Positions 47,199 through 60,179 of a stretch of 60,575 nt of DNA are shown here, piece after piece. The notes beneath the pieces were generated by a model, which was given only the letters and a program-made list of their open reading frames with translations, made no database searches and was not told the origin of the DNA. The DNA comes from Asterionella formosa (taxonomy: Eukaryota), in NCBI GenBank assembly GCA_002256025.1, contig NKIB01013282.1, forward strand, positions 1-60,575. The letters are read 5' to 3'. The position numbers and the translations under genes were made by a program. Position 1 is the stretch's first letter; every line of letters begins with the position of its first letter.

Positions 47199-49658
47199 AA
47201 ATAAGTATATACTAGTGCCTACGAGGACAAAATAAAAATTGAACAACGGCAACCTGCGTTCAATTGTTGAATGCGCAACCCCAAAAGTGGCGATGGTGGG
47301 AAGGACGAAAATGATGGTATACTTGTTTTGAGGATTGTAACTGTTAAATATCCGGCGGTAGTATGGTCCATGTAGGTGCAACAACTGTGGTAAGTATACC
47401 AAAAAACAATTATTCTATTTATGTTATTTTTATGAAAGTGGCTTCTTGTATTCGGTTCCCCCAATTTGTTCAAATCGCCGGCCAAATGAAAAAGCATTTG
47501 GCGATATGTACATGTACCCAATGTATAAATATGTGCTGAATTGGCTTCGATTATTTTATTTAAAATGCTAAACATTTAATTACAAAAACAGCATTTCTGT
47601 TCACATCTATGTGACTCATTAAAAACGCATTTATCGAGTTAGCCGACCCTCACGCAGAAAATGGGTCCGTCTGGGCGAAAAAAATTGCAGTAAATGTAAA
47701 AATTTATCCGGGGTCATTTTTGCCTCAATTTCCCTTTTGTGTGGCTTGCTCTAAGCTACAGAGCAATCCATGAATAGGACGTGGTAATATAGATGTACCG
47801 GTTAGCCAATTAAGATCGAAAGAGGTTTTTGGGCTTTTTCGATTTTCACTGATGGCTATAACATCTCGAGCAAAATGTAAATGCATGAGGACCAATTTTT
47901 CTTCGAACCATTGTCTGCAAATAAAAAGTAGCATGCATATAGGATCAAGGGTATGGTACGCTAAGTGGCACAGGATTTCATATGTATGATAATTTTTGGA
48001 TCAAACTATGATGAAGGTATCCTGTAGCTATGATGATTTATTTATATTTTACCAAACTTGAAGTATGATGATAAAAAGAACATTATCATCACACAATGTA
48101 TATCAACTGATCAACAACATTTCTCATCAACATCATAAACCTTCTCATATTATTTCCAATTCTCGTGATCGCCCGATGTAAATTATTACTACAACGCATC
48201 CTAAAATCAGCTAAACTCTATGCTATCATGTGAATTGTTTCATCGTAAATCTATCTTAAACATGATCATAATACTAATCACAAGCATTGTTCAAAAAGGA
48301 TTGGAATGGATCGTTATATAATTGACATATTTAACAGGATTGGATTAACAAATTTAGCAATGCTATTTTTGATTCTGCAGGCCAGCAACCCAACATTTCT
48401 CTCTCTACTCGGCTAAATGTATATTTTTCCTATCTCGCCCTTCTCTTCCTCTATTCTGAATCTTGTGCCAAGCAGTGCCTTTACTAATGTTGTGTCTCTT
48501 TCCCTGTTGTCAGTGTCATTCTGAACTCGCCGACTATTCCGGTGTTTGATCGGTTTTATTGTCCTATGCAGTTACAGTAACAATGAGAAGGAATGACTTG
48601 TTAGCTAGACATGTTGCACTGACACAACATCACGCCATTCCATCGTATCCTCTTGCTTGCTTCACTTACCACAGCCAAATCAAAGCAAGTGATGCATAAG
48701 TCTGTAATAGTAAGCAAATTGTCAGTAAATTCTTGAATGAGTAAGTTTCAGGTTTCCAATGTTGTCGAATAAAACTTACCGATTCATTTTCGGTAGCTTA
48801 ACTTTGAGAAAAGGTAAACGTGGCGTGTCCGTCAGTTATGTTCCATCAGAAGTGAATAGGTCCAATGACAAGAGTGCTTATCAATTTTGTTTTGTTAACC
48901 ACGGTGCTACCCAACAAGCAAAACGAGCTGTTGAATCAACTAAGAAAAAAGGAAATGTGCATTTAGTTTACAATTTTTCGTTGTCCTGCTTCCCAACGAT
49001 TGTCATCCAAGTACCACATTGATGGCTTCATTACCTTAAACATACTCCATCCTTCGAAGGCGCAATGTGTCGACGCCACAATGTTTTTCGTTATTGCGTA
49101 AACTTTTCCTTTCTTGTCATGTGCTTTCCTACAATATTTCTTTTCATGAAGCAGGCATTGTTTGTTAACATGACAGAACGCACGATTTCAAATATATTTG
49201 CCATGTATATAGTTATAAAATTTGTAAATACATAAATATGTCAAGTGCTGTCGTACATTTATAAAAATCAAAGGCACTCTCAATATGGAATGTCTGGTAT
49301 TGTTGAGATGATCATATTCGCATATCGCATATCGTGCATCGAAAATATTCAATGCACGATATGTCCATTGTTTTCCACGACTTCGTGTACCGGTACTGTT
49401 TCTAAAATTTGTTTGCATCGATATTTTCTACGCCCGTTGGAACTAATTATTTACCGGTAGACCATTCAATTGTTGTAAGTCATAACCCATTTGTATCATT
49501 ATTTATATGCAAGGATTTTGGTAGCAAATTGTTTAAGCATCTTTTTTGGGCGGGAGTTCTTCATGTGTACCGGTACATCATACGACAATAAAATTTTATC
49601 ATATATACCTACTGGTATACAGAGTAACAGTATCAGGTAGTAGGAAGTGATATAATGG

Positions 49659-50123
49659 GGGTAGTCAGAGTAGTAAGCGAGCAACAGAACACCATATGTT
49701 CATGACTGTTGCTACTGCAGTGGGACAGTAAATCATCATAGTTTTGGGATCGTATGATCATAAAATTGAAAAAGGATAGTCGGAGTAGTAAGTAAGCAAC
49801 AGAGCACCATATGTTCATGACTGCTGCTACTACAGCGGGACATTAAATTATCATATTTTTAGGATCGTATGATCATAAAATTGAAAAAAGGTAGTCGGAG
49901 TAGTAAGCAAGCAACATAACACCATATGTTCATGACTGTTGCTACTGCAGCAGGACAGTAAATCATCATAGTTTCGGGTTCAGGATTGTATGATTGTAAA
50001 ATTGAAAGAGGGTAGTCGGAGTAGTAAGCGAGCAACAGAACACCATATGTTCAAGACTGTTGCTACTACAGTGGGACAGTAAAGCATCATAGTTTCAGGA
50101 TCGTATAATTGTATAATTGAAAA
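49659..50123 (+). repeat. Tandem array of four ~115-bp units
   Basis: Units begin GTAGTC(A/G)GAGTAGTAAG at about 49661, 49776, 49891 and 50012 (periods 115, 115, 121). Similarity covers the whole unit and there are no unique spacers. Confidence 0.95.
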
Positions 50124-52269
50124 CAAGATATGCTATTACTCAAACTCGGTTCTGATTTTGTATATGCTAATGTAAATAGCACTGTTGGGTCTCATGGTAT
50201 TATATCTAGACAGCGTAAAATATTATAGGTAGTGGCTGATGATTCATTTCATTGTAGCTAGCAACACCTGATTTTAAAATTATCGAACTTTAAGGAAGAC
50301 AACGACAAAAGTTATCTAGTAGTACAATGTCTTCAAAAAACCATAAAGAGGTTCATGGAAACAAGCGACATATGGCAAATACTGCCGGTAGGGAACAAAG
50401 AAGCAAGTAACAAAATGAGTTAACAAGACAAAGAAAAGCGAATAGGCAATTATCCAAAGGAACCCAATCGGCGACAGGGAGTAAGCGGGGGTACTACCCC
50501 ATCATTGATGGGGACACTCACATAATTGATACTGGCTGAAAGCGATGATGATGTTTCTTTTTCAGTTGTTGATACAAGGAAAATGGCTCCTGTTGATGAT
50601 ACCATTAAAAACTCCCGAATGCAGATGGACAAAATGGTACCATATCATAAATTTTCGAATCGCACGGACCAACACCAAGTACATGACAAACTGAGGGAAA
50701 AACATTTTGCACTTGCCAAAGGATATTATGGATATAGATGACATTTTTTAGGTTGGTGTTCAGCCTTTATCGTTTTGCGCAGTCACAGGACATTGACAGG
50801 GTAGGGGAAGCCAGGGATACCAAGTCTGGCGTGATGTTCTTGATCCAGTGTATTTTATAGGCAGGACAAGCCGTGGAGAACCATTTTTAACAGGAGACAA
50901 ATCTGGTGTGACCAAATTTCAACTAAGTCTTCGGGCACAGTGTGAATTGCAATCACGTTTTGTTGGTTCGCTGATCAATGCCAGTACAGAAGCATTTTGC
51001 TTCTTGGTGCTGAAAAGAAAAATTCCGATTACAACAAAAACATTTGGGTTGATGAAATTTCAGAGAACGATATTCGTCATTCTACTGATTTTGTCGACAT
51101 TGGTGGGAAACCACTTATCAAAAAAAGTGTGAGGGAAGAAAGTTCATTTTCAAATGGTCTCACTGATCAATGGACTGATGATTTACTCGTTTATTATAAG
51201 GAAATCTACACTGGACTTTCACAGAACAATCGATCTGAATGTGGAAGGAATCCTAGTAGTGGAATTGCTACCACCCCCTACTTCCACCACAAATATCATC
51301 TACCCACACTCATACTTCTCATTTCCCAACGTAAGTGAAGAGGATATGCAACAATATGTTGAACCACTTCAACCAAATGTTCCTGAGAAGAATATTGATT
51401 ACAATGACCGCATTAATCAACGGGACATTGATGACGACGTTGATTTTGAATGGATCTAATAGAATCCAATGCATACTTAGTAGTTACATAATAAATATAG
51501 TTAGTGTGAAACTTCTACAATGCACAAGCCATATCATAGATGTAAGGAAAACATTGATGCTGCTCTATACTACTTGTAGTGGCGCTGTACTGTATGTAGC
51601 TGTATACCTCCATTTTTACTACTATGGTGGAGTGATAATTTCATGACTCTGTATCGTCCAGCACAGCATGATCGGAGTGATGCTAAATTTATTATAATTA
51701 TTATTTCATTTTCATTCTATCCTGTTCATATCCTGACTTGTTCATCATTTGAAATTTGCAATGTCTTTGCGGACATTGCAATGGTGTTATCTGTGTAACT
51801 ACAAATTTCGGAAGAACAAATCTCCATCTGAGTCTCACAACCGAAATTGTAGCAACCGTGTTTTTTATGCATATGGTCACTGTCGAAATTGCATGCAAGA
51901 CCATTGAGTTCCTGGAATACATAATGAAACTATGTATTGCGGTAGTGCGCGCATCGAATCATTCAAGGAAAGAAGTTAATGGCAGTGTAACTGCTGCAGC
52001 ATTTAGGGAGAGTAGACAACAAGAAGAGATTATGTGTCCTATCCTTGAATCAAGTGGCCACAATCATCCATTTCATGACAACAGCTACGAATCAGTTTAT
52101 AACAATATTCAGTCATAACAAAACGAACAATTGATACTAAAAACTCTCCAAGGATTGAATTCAGAAACCGTGCAATATTCAGATTTCCAAGATCACACCG
52201 GCTTTCTCCCTGAAAATGCAATGGAAATGCCCCTTCCTCCTCAATTTCAACTTCCAAGTAAACATTCTC

Positions 52270-53078
52270 TAAACATGCGCGCATCCAATCGAATAAGAAC
52301 TCATGTTATTCCTTAACAAGAATTACCTTCCACCAGTTTACTTTGATCATCTAATGAAATGGCTGTACAAGGCAAAAGCAATGAAATACTTTGATGAAAG
52401 CAAGGTATCAAGCTCCATCCTACCAGACTTTGAAGAAAAGCATGGATGTTTCATTTCCGCCCACATTAGCTGGTGGTCAACTGTTGACCAAACAAATACA
52501 GATTGATAACAATTCAAACATGATCATCCCACGCACACTCCATTATATCGAACCAGTACAGCTCATGGCAGGATTGCTACGCGATTCCGACATCATGCAA
52601 CATTTTGTATATCACCCGCAAGTGAACCTTGTGCAGAACGCATATATGAAGAAGTAGCTCCGCAACTTGGTTTGAAAATGCATTCAACATTTCTCCTGCA
52701 TCAGAAAATGGAGTGTTGAAGACAGGGTGTTTATTTGTTGCCCTAGCAGTTTTCAGTGATGGTTCACCTATTGATAAACACATGAAACTTTCCGAGCATC
52801 CGTTTTTGTTGACAATGTTAAATTTAACGTTAGAAAATGGAGTGTTGAAGACAGGGTGTTTATTTGTTGCCCTAGCAGTTTTCAGTGATGGTTCACCTAT
52901 TGATAAACAAATGAAACTTTCCGAGCATCCGTTTTTGTTGACAATGTTAAATTTAACGTTAGAAGGAAGGAAAAAAGTTGATGGATGGCGATTGGTATCT
53001 CTTTTGCCAGACCCCCACATTGAAGTCAGTGATCTGGAGAAACAAATGAATCTGGAGGGAACTGTGACTCCTTTGTAG
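52270..53078 (+). pseudogene. Plavaka/CACTA(CMC)-type transposase relic, truncated after the first catalytic-Asp region
   Basis: YIEPVQLMAGLLRDSDIMQHF...RIYEEV..ATWFE, then ALAVFSDGSPIDK.MKLSEHPFLLTMLNL..EGRKKVDGWRLVSLLP, which fits the Plavaka-like pattern l..Dg..d....p...Tl.N....R....w..l..lP. Frameshifted. Confidence 0.7.
52703..52964 (+). repeat. Near-perfect in-frame 129-bp tandem duplication inside the transposase relic
   Basis: AGAAAATGGAGTGTTGAAG starts at 52703 and 52832. I see one substitution between the copies (His to Gln). Confidence 0.95.
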
Positions 53079-54119
53079 GAATAGAGTCTTCATCCGCCGC
53101 GAAGAACAACTGTTTGGGTTTCCTCTTTGAAAGAAATCTTTCCTTCTTTTCAATCTCTGCCACTTTTGTATCGGCATACTTCATTATTTTTTCTGGAATA
53201 TTATGAATCTTTTCAAATTTATAAATTTTTTGAGTGTATTCAAAGGAATCTTCGTTTGATTTCATAAGTTTCTTCATCTTCTTTTCAGAAAAGATGAAGT
53301 CGTGTAGTGTATAGTTACGTGTCTTGTTTGACTGATCCTTTTCATGAAATCCATGAAATGCCATTTGGAAAGTTTTCAAAGGGCCAGAAGACTATGATGT
53401 AAAACAGTGGAAGGGAAACGCGGAGCTTTTTGCGGGGCTTGTGGAGTTGCAGCTGGTGTGATGGTAACTGAGTGTAGTTTTTGTTGAACAGACCACAGCA
53501 GTGTAATGTGCATGTTCCGCCAGCATAGTGTTAACACAATACACATGCCGGCATATATATAGCTAAAACAACGAAAGACGACACGACAATGAACGTAATG
53601 GCTGGTTGTTGAGGATACTGGTATGTGATACTAGGCATCAATCCATGTCACAAATCACATTATAGTGATGTACATATCAACGCATCCGTATACTCAGATC
53701 CTATCCACTGTATAATATTATCATATTCACTGTTGGCTTTTACTGTATACATTAAAAGACGAATATGTATATTATTTAACATACTTTATGATTGATTGAT
53801 TTATTTTCTATGATGTATTGATAACACTTAAAATCATATTTTATCGTATTTTATTATCATTGTATTATTTTAAAATGATCATATTTTGATCAAAATTATA
53901 TCATAAACATTTTAAAAAATCATCATAGTTCTATGATCAATGTATCATAGCTATGTTATATACTTTACTCAATATAACGTATCATACTTTGGTGATATAT
54001 GCATCGATATAACCCTATCGTGAAATCACATTATCATAATTTTTCCAGCGGCAAACCCCAAAAATGAAGGAAACTTGTCCCTCTATTGATAAGGATGACA
54101 TGGACACCGACTTTTCCAG

Positions 54120-54420
54120 GAGCAAACAACAATGAAGAGAGCCAGGCCACTTGTCCCTCTTTTGATGGTAACAAAGATGCGGACAAGTTTAACAGTGAAT
54201 ACAAGAACAACATACCAATGAAAACAAGTCGACAGTGTGTGTACGCACATGGCAAGCAGGTTTGAGGCAACGGACAGTTCCAACAAGCAAATGACAATAC
54301 GGATATCAAATATTTCCTACGAGCAAACAACAATGAAGAGAGCCACTTGCTTTCGCTCTCTTGATGGTATCAAGGATGCAGACAAGTTCAATGGTAAATA
54401 CAAGCAAGTACATCATGCCA
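54120..54420 (+). repeat. Imperfect direct repeat (~100 bp, 201-bp spacing)
   Basis: GAGCAAACAACAATGAAGAGAGCCA...TTGATGGTA.CAA.GATGC.GACAAGTT.AA...AATACAAG at 54120 and 54321. Confidence 0.85.
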
Positions 54421-55106
54421 AATGCAGAAACGAGCGAGCGATAAAAAAATGAAATTCTAATCAGAATCATTCTATAACTATAGCTATGTAGACAGTAGTC
54501 TGTTACATTTTCGTATCTCCTTCTATGCTGAATCTCAATAGTAGATGTAGTATCATGTGAGAATTGAAAATGTCAACGAGAACAAGTAGAATTTGTTTGT
54601 TTACGGGTTGATTGGCAAGATTGTAATGCTGGTGGTGGACGAAACGGATTTACAATTTGCGCTGTGTGTGGAACCATTACGAGTTCGAATGATTTCTTCT
54701 TTGTAAACTCTTAATTGAATGATTATGAACAAAGGTTCACTGCACATGACAATTACTCAAAGATATAATGATCACTTGACCAACAATTGAAGACGTTATC
54801 GCAAACAATCATTCCACTTGTCATCGCTAATATTTCGTTGTTGTTGCAAAAATCGGAGTGATGACAGATGGAAATGATGAGCCTAATTACATTACTTGAG
54901 CTGGTACATTATCCTACCAAGAAATTCGAATATAGGAATCTGATAGAAATAAAACATATAATAATTAAATATACATAGTCAAAAGGGTTACTATTTAAAT
55001 TACAAGGGCATTTAGCAAAAATATTAGATGATATAACGAAAAATTATGATCAGATGATCACAATCCTATGATGCATCATGGAAATATGATATTTTTTATT
55101 TTCAGA

Positions 55107-58100
55107 TGTTGGGAGCATGAGAGAATCGAGAACACTGGTGAAACGCAAAGGCAATATTGGGATGAGAGTTGTTGCTCAACAAATAAAGAAGCATACCTAT
55201 GACAGATCGATAACTCCAGGTTTCAGTCATGGCAAGCCCATCAACATCAGACCCCAGCAATTCTTGTGTGGCAGGAGTCCAGGTTGGGTTGGCAGAGTCG
55301 AGACCTCCTAGCTAAGGTAGAGATAATGCGGCAGTGGAGGCATGATTCTTTGAGAGTCCCAAGAAACTGCACGACGCGAACGAGGCTTCCATTCTGCATA
55401 GTAGAATCCAGGACATACATGGGACTTCCCCACCATACTTGGAGATCATTGCATTTGTGGGTGTGCCATTTAGTGCCTGAGAAAATGTCAAGAGGTGCCA
55501 GGCCATTTTTCCTGTTAGGGGGATGATTAATATGAATGTACACAACAGCCATAGGCCAGAGGGTAGTATCAGCAGTGTCACACCAGCAGATGGCAGCATG
55601 CAGCATCATACTTTACGCCATAGACATAATGGTTTGAATGTTCTGCTCTGCAACACCATTATGATGATGGGCACCTACTCCAGCAAAGCGACTAACTTGT
55701 TTGAAAGCTGCCAATTCTGCAATATTCCTTATCAGTGAAAGCCTTTCCATTGTCTGAAAGGTAAGATTGAACAATAAGAACTACAGAGTCACGAGCAGCA
55801 GCCTCAAATTTTTGTTTTGAAACCAGAGTTTCATGAGAGGTCAGAGAGACTCAATGTTCCACATGAACAAAACCGGAATCATGGTCAACAAACAGACATC
55901 CTCTTGAGTACATTTGCTCTTGAACCGTTTTTCCTTTTGAATCATAGTGTCGTCCCTTAGCGTGACAAACAAAGTGATCGACTGAGACTTGCTGCCCTGG
56001 TAGGAGGTCTCCTTTTTTAAGTGCACCACAGCTTGATGGAACAGGCGTAGAAACACTGCTGTACGTTGGTTGAAGTTTTGCCTTTCCAAATTTGCAGGAG
56101 GCACAGCGAGGTAGGACACAGTTGGATGCTGAATGGTGCAGATTCTTTTGCCCTTCACTTGTTGCAAGGGCTCCTGATCTCAACAGTAATTGTATTGATT
56201 CAAAGTGTATATGGCCAAGCCGAAAGTGCCAACGCAATAGTTCCTTCTGAGCCTCGTTGGTTAGATTTTGATTGTTGGAATCGGTAACACAGAGGTTAAG
56301 CTCTTGAGCATATTGATTGACATCCACTTCATTGTATCCATAGCTGATAGGAAGGTTGTTGGTTGAGAAAGGGATAGCAATGTCTGGTGCTCCACCTCAA
56401 CAGATACGAATATGAGAATCAGACTCAACTTGACCATAGGCTGGAGTTTTAGATCCAACAAAACCTTGGATATAAGATGGCCAACTGAGGAGTCGTTGGT
56501 GAGCTTCAGGAGTATAGAAAGTAGAGAGCTCAAGACAATGGAGAGTACCATCCACCTGACCTTGCCTTGACCTTCAATTGATAATCCTGCTGCTAGTCCT
56601 TTCAGTGTGACAGGTGTTGCCAAGGGGGTTATCCCATCAACAAAGTCCTGAATATTGTGCGTGAGTAACTGTACTGAATGCTCCTGTGTCCCAAATAAGG
56701 ATAACTGGTGTGCTGCTGAAGAGAGCCCAAGGACAGTAGTTGGACTTTTAGTGGCAAGACAACAAAATGGACTTGGGACTGGATTACTGGCAGCAATTGT
56801 TGGTGTATAGAGAAGACTCTGAGCCTGACACCAATGTTCAACATTTGATCTGAATAGGTTTTGTATAACCTGCAATCTGGGATGAGTAAGGCACATGGGG
56901 AGTCTTGAGAACAATTGACTGTGGAACAGGGTCCGTGGTTGAGATAAAATTGGGAGGCTTCGTCCTGATAAAGTCAGACCTGTCTTGTCGAAGCCGAAGT
57001 GGATGTTAGCGAGAGTTAAATAACATAAGACTGAAAGGTTGCTGGAGTTGCTTCTGATGTCGATAATAACGGCGACGTGTAGACCAGTGCAGCAGCTTGT
57101 TGGCAGGAGGGTGGGGATGAGCATGGTGCATGAAGTGAAGCCAGAGCACTTGAGAGAAGACAACCAACCAGAAGCACACACAAGGTCCCAGGGAAGCAAG
57201 GACATGGTTGTGATTCAGAGACTGATAAGAGAGGGAGGAACTCAAAGGAAAGGGTCAATCTCTGACAAAGTATCCAAAGAAGAAATGAAAGTGGATGGGG
57301 GCTCCCCGAACCCCAAGTCAAAATTGAGTTGCACAAATTCCAAATCCATCATTGACACCAGCAAGGTTTGCACTTATAACAGGTGCTTCAATGGCAGGAG
57401 CACCAAGTGTGGGGGCAGCAGGAGAGGCAGAAGAAACCGCATTTGGAGGTTTTACATGAGTAGATCCAAGATGCGTTGCTTGAGGTCCAAAGTCCCACCA
57501 GGCCTTTGCGACACTTGTTACAGAAGATGAATCTTTTACACCAACAACTTTGACAGAGTTGGCTCTCCATGCTTGAGTGCTACTTCACGCCAGTTGTGCT
57601 TCTTATGATCTGTGGTCTTGGGAGGAGAAACAGGCACATTACCACTAGGTTTAGCAGCAATGGCTGCTTGAACCAGAAGGGCATTGAATGATGCTTGGTC
57701 CATTCCAGCATAAAATAGGGAAGGGGCCTGTTGTATATCCTTTACAGTGCTGGCAGGGGGACCAATCACCATTGTCCAAGAGAGAGCGGTAGGCTTCTTC
57801 AGCTAGATCAAGGATAGCTATGTAGTGAAAACCCTTTTTGACCATGAACTTCTTGGATGAATCTTTGGATAGGTAGGCTGAGTCTGAGAGAGCAGAGTCA
57901 AGGTCAAGACGCTTGGTGGGATGCCAAATGGCACGAAAACTCTCAACTGAAACTTGACAGAGTGCCTTACTAATGATTGCCAACACTAACAGCCATTCAA
58001 ACTGATGGACACTAGGACCCATTCAAACTGATGGGCATTTTCAAGTTCACAGCGAATTCTGCGGATCTTGTTTGCATAGAGTGAGACATTGCTTTCATCA

Positions 58101-58761
58101 GCTTCCTTAATTGGAGACAGCTGCTTGAGTTCATCCTTCTTTCGGTTGAATCTCTTGACAGATCCACTGCTAACCAGACGAAGGATGCGCCTCCAGGTAA
58201 CGCCAGCAAAGTCACCTGGTTCCTTGAGGAGTGAGGGATCAAGTGTGGATTCAAGATTCAATCGAGCAGTTGTTTCATTGTCCTGGTCATAAGAATCAAA
58301 TTTGTTCTTGTAGTACTCAGATTCATCAAGGACATGGTAAAGGGTGACCTGCCCGAAGTTCTTGATGACATTGACCATATTGGTGTCATCACTGAGGCTC
58401 TTGACATACATGATGGAGTCCATACCTGTGAGTTCAAGGTGTGCCAAAACCTTAACACCATAGGAGTATAGGTCTAGATCCTTGCCATCCTTTTGAAACA
58501 GAATGAGAGGTGGAACTGTGAGGTAGTTCCAGTTCCTTGACTGGCTGATCACTGGACTTAGTTGGACAAGAGCAGTTGGGAGAACGCTTGATTGCTTTGA
58601 CATTGGCCAGACTCCTAAGGGAAAGGTAGAGAAATGCCAGTAGCAAGATCAGAGGTACTGGCAGTAAGCTGTGTGTGAATGTACAGCCTGGTAGTACCAT
58701 AGACCTGCCTGCTTAGTACCCCCAGCAGCATTGTGCTGGTGCTGTCATACCAGTACTACTA
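55107..58761 (-). mobile_element. Degenerate Ty1/Copia retrotransposon (gag, protease, integrase, RT C-terminus) with internal deletion
   Basis: gag-like LELTGMDSIMY...; protease IWDTGA; LLRWHFRLGH...CASC; integrase PGQQVSVDHF, AHHHNGVAE, MMLHAAICW, LWPMAV, WGSPMYVLD; then directly the RT tail WSYRSVIGMLLYL...IAFAFHQCSRFSHAP. Many frameshifts; no LTR identified. Confidence 0.92.
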
Positions 58762-60179
58762 TGCACAAAACCTGGTACCCAGTCTGGTAGCATCACTAAA
58801 TTCCCGCCGGAAGTATCATCATGGTAACTGCCTGGTACCAGGTACCACCACAGAACCATCGTCTGATGGCCGCTAAGCATCACTAAATTCCTGCTGCCAG
58901 GAGCCGGTATGCAACAAACCAGTAGTACCTGGTAGTCAAGTGCTGCTCCAGCAGTATGGCGCTGCCGTGATTGACAGGGCAGAAGCGATTCAGCGCTACT
59001 GTTGGTGATATACCGTCATTGCTCCTGCTCCTGTAGCTACTAGCTAGTACACAAATGACCAGTATACTGACAAGTAATGTATGTATTTTCTACAAAACAC
59101 AGTCTACATATTTGTCTTTACTACATGCATGAGGAGCTTTTAATCTTCAAAATTTGATGCCAAAATATTAAATGTACATTATTGATTTCTACTCTTTGTT
59201 GTCCATTTCATATGTATTTATCATTTTTGTAGCGCATTCTTACTATTCTACTTCTAGAGTTGCCGTCATTGCGCTCCATGGCCCGCCATGTAAGGTGGGG
59301 CGGTGGAAAGGGTTGGTTGGAAGTCACTTCCTTGTGTGGAAGTAGTTTAAAAAAGTTGTGGTAGCTTTGTTCTTGGTTCAGTTCTTTATGACTGCACTTC
59401 TTGTGTCAGCCGGAGAATAGGATGGTGAGTGTGGATTGGGTTAAGGATTTCCCATTTAGCCCCATTTCTGGTGATTCAATTTGAAGTCTCTATAACAATT
59501 GGTGATTCCAGGGCTTCCAACTAGTTGTTTTTTGTTGTTGTCTTCATTATCACAAAAATTATTGTTTTGAGCAGCCCATACACCTCTGGCGCAATTTATT
59601 CATCAGTGACTTCTTCATTTCTCTGTCTTCTCCTTCATTCTTGTTAATGTTTAGCATATCGCCATTCTTGTATTCTTCTGCTTCTTGCAATGTAGCTAAT
59701 AGCGCTCACTATAGTAGTGAAAAAGGTGTTAAGCTTCTTCTTTTATTTTTTCTTGATACTGTCTTTTCCTGGTTTGTGTTGTGTTGATTCCATTGCTGTG
59801 AATTCCCCAACTGTTTGTAGTGTTTGTGGAAAATGCCAAATCGACATCCATGCAATCACTAGTTTTCACCGCTCCTGCATTAATCTTTGTTTGCTTTTCC
59901 ATCTCCTCCTCTTTCTACATTCTCTTTCTGTCGGATTTCATTACCATCTTATGGTGCTGTACCACATGTATGAGTTGTTCTTTCTTTGCCTGGTTGGCTG
60001 CTTGGATAGCACCTTTCGTCATGGTGAATTGGTCGTTTTTAGGATTTCTTAACTATCGGGATCCGGAGGTCCCTGTAGCTTATGTACCACTAAATTCTGT
60101 GATCAGCGCTGCAGTACTGTAGTATCTTAAACTCGTCTTTATACTTGACCAAAACGTTTGTTGTCCATTTCAATGTTTT

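Noticed and set aside
49659..50123. CRISPR-like array
   Set aside because: Units are similar over their whole length, with no unique spacers and no cas genes, in a eukaryotic context.
55107..55116. TGTTGG as an LTR boundary of the Copia
   Set aside because: It lies within RT-coding sequence (FSHAPN), with no PPT or second LTR.
57039..57530. 163-aa plus-strand ORF
   Set aside because: Antisense to the Copia gag-protease linker.
59260..60122. Coding-like region with short ORFs on both strands
   Set aside because: Stops in all frames and no recognisable domain.
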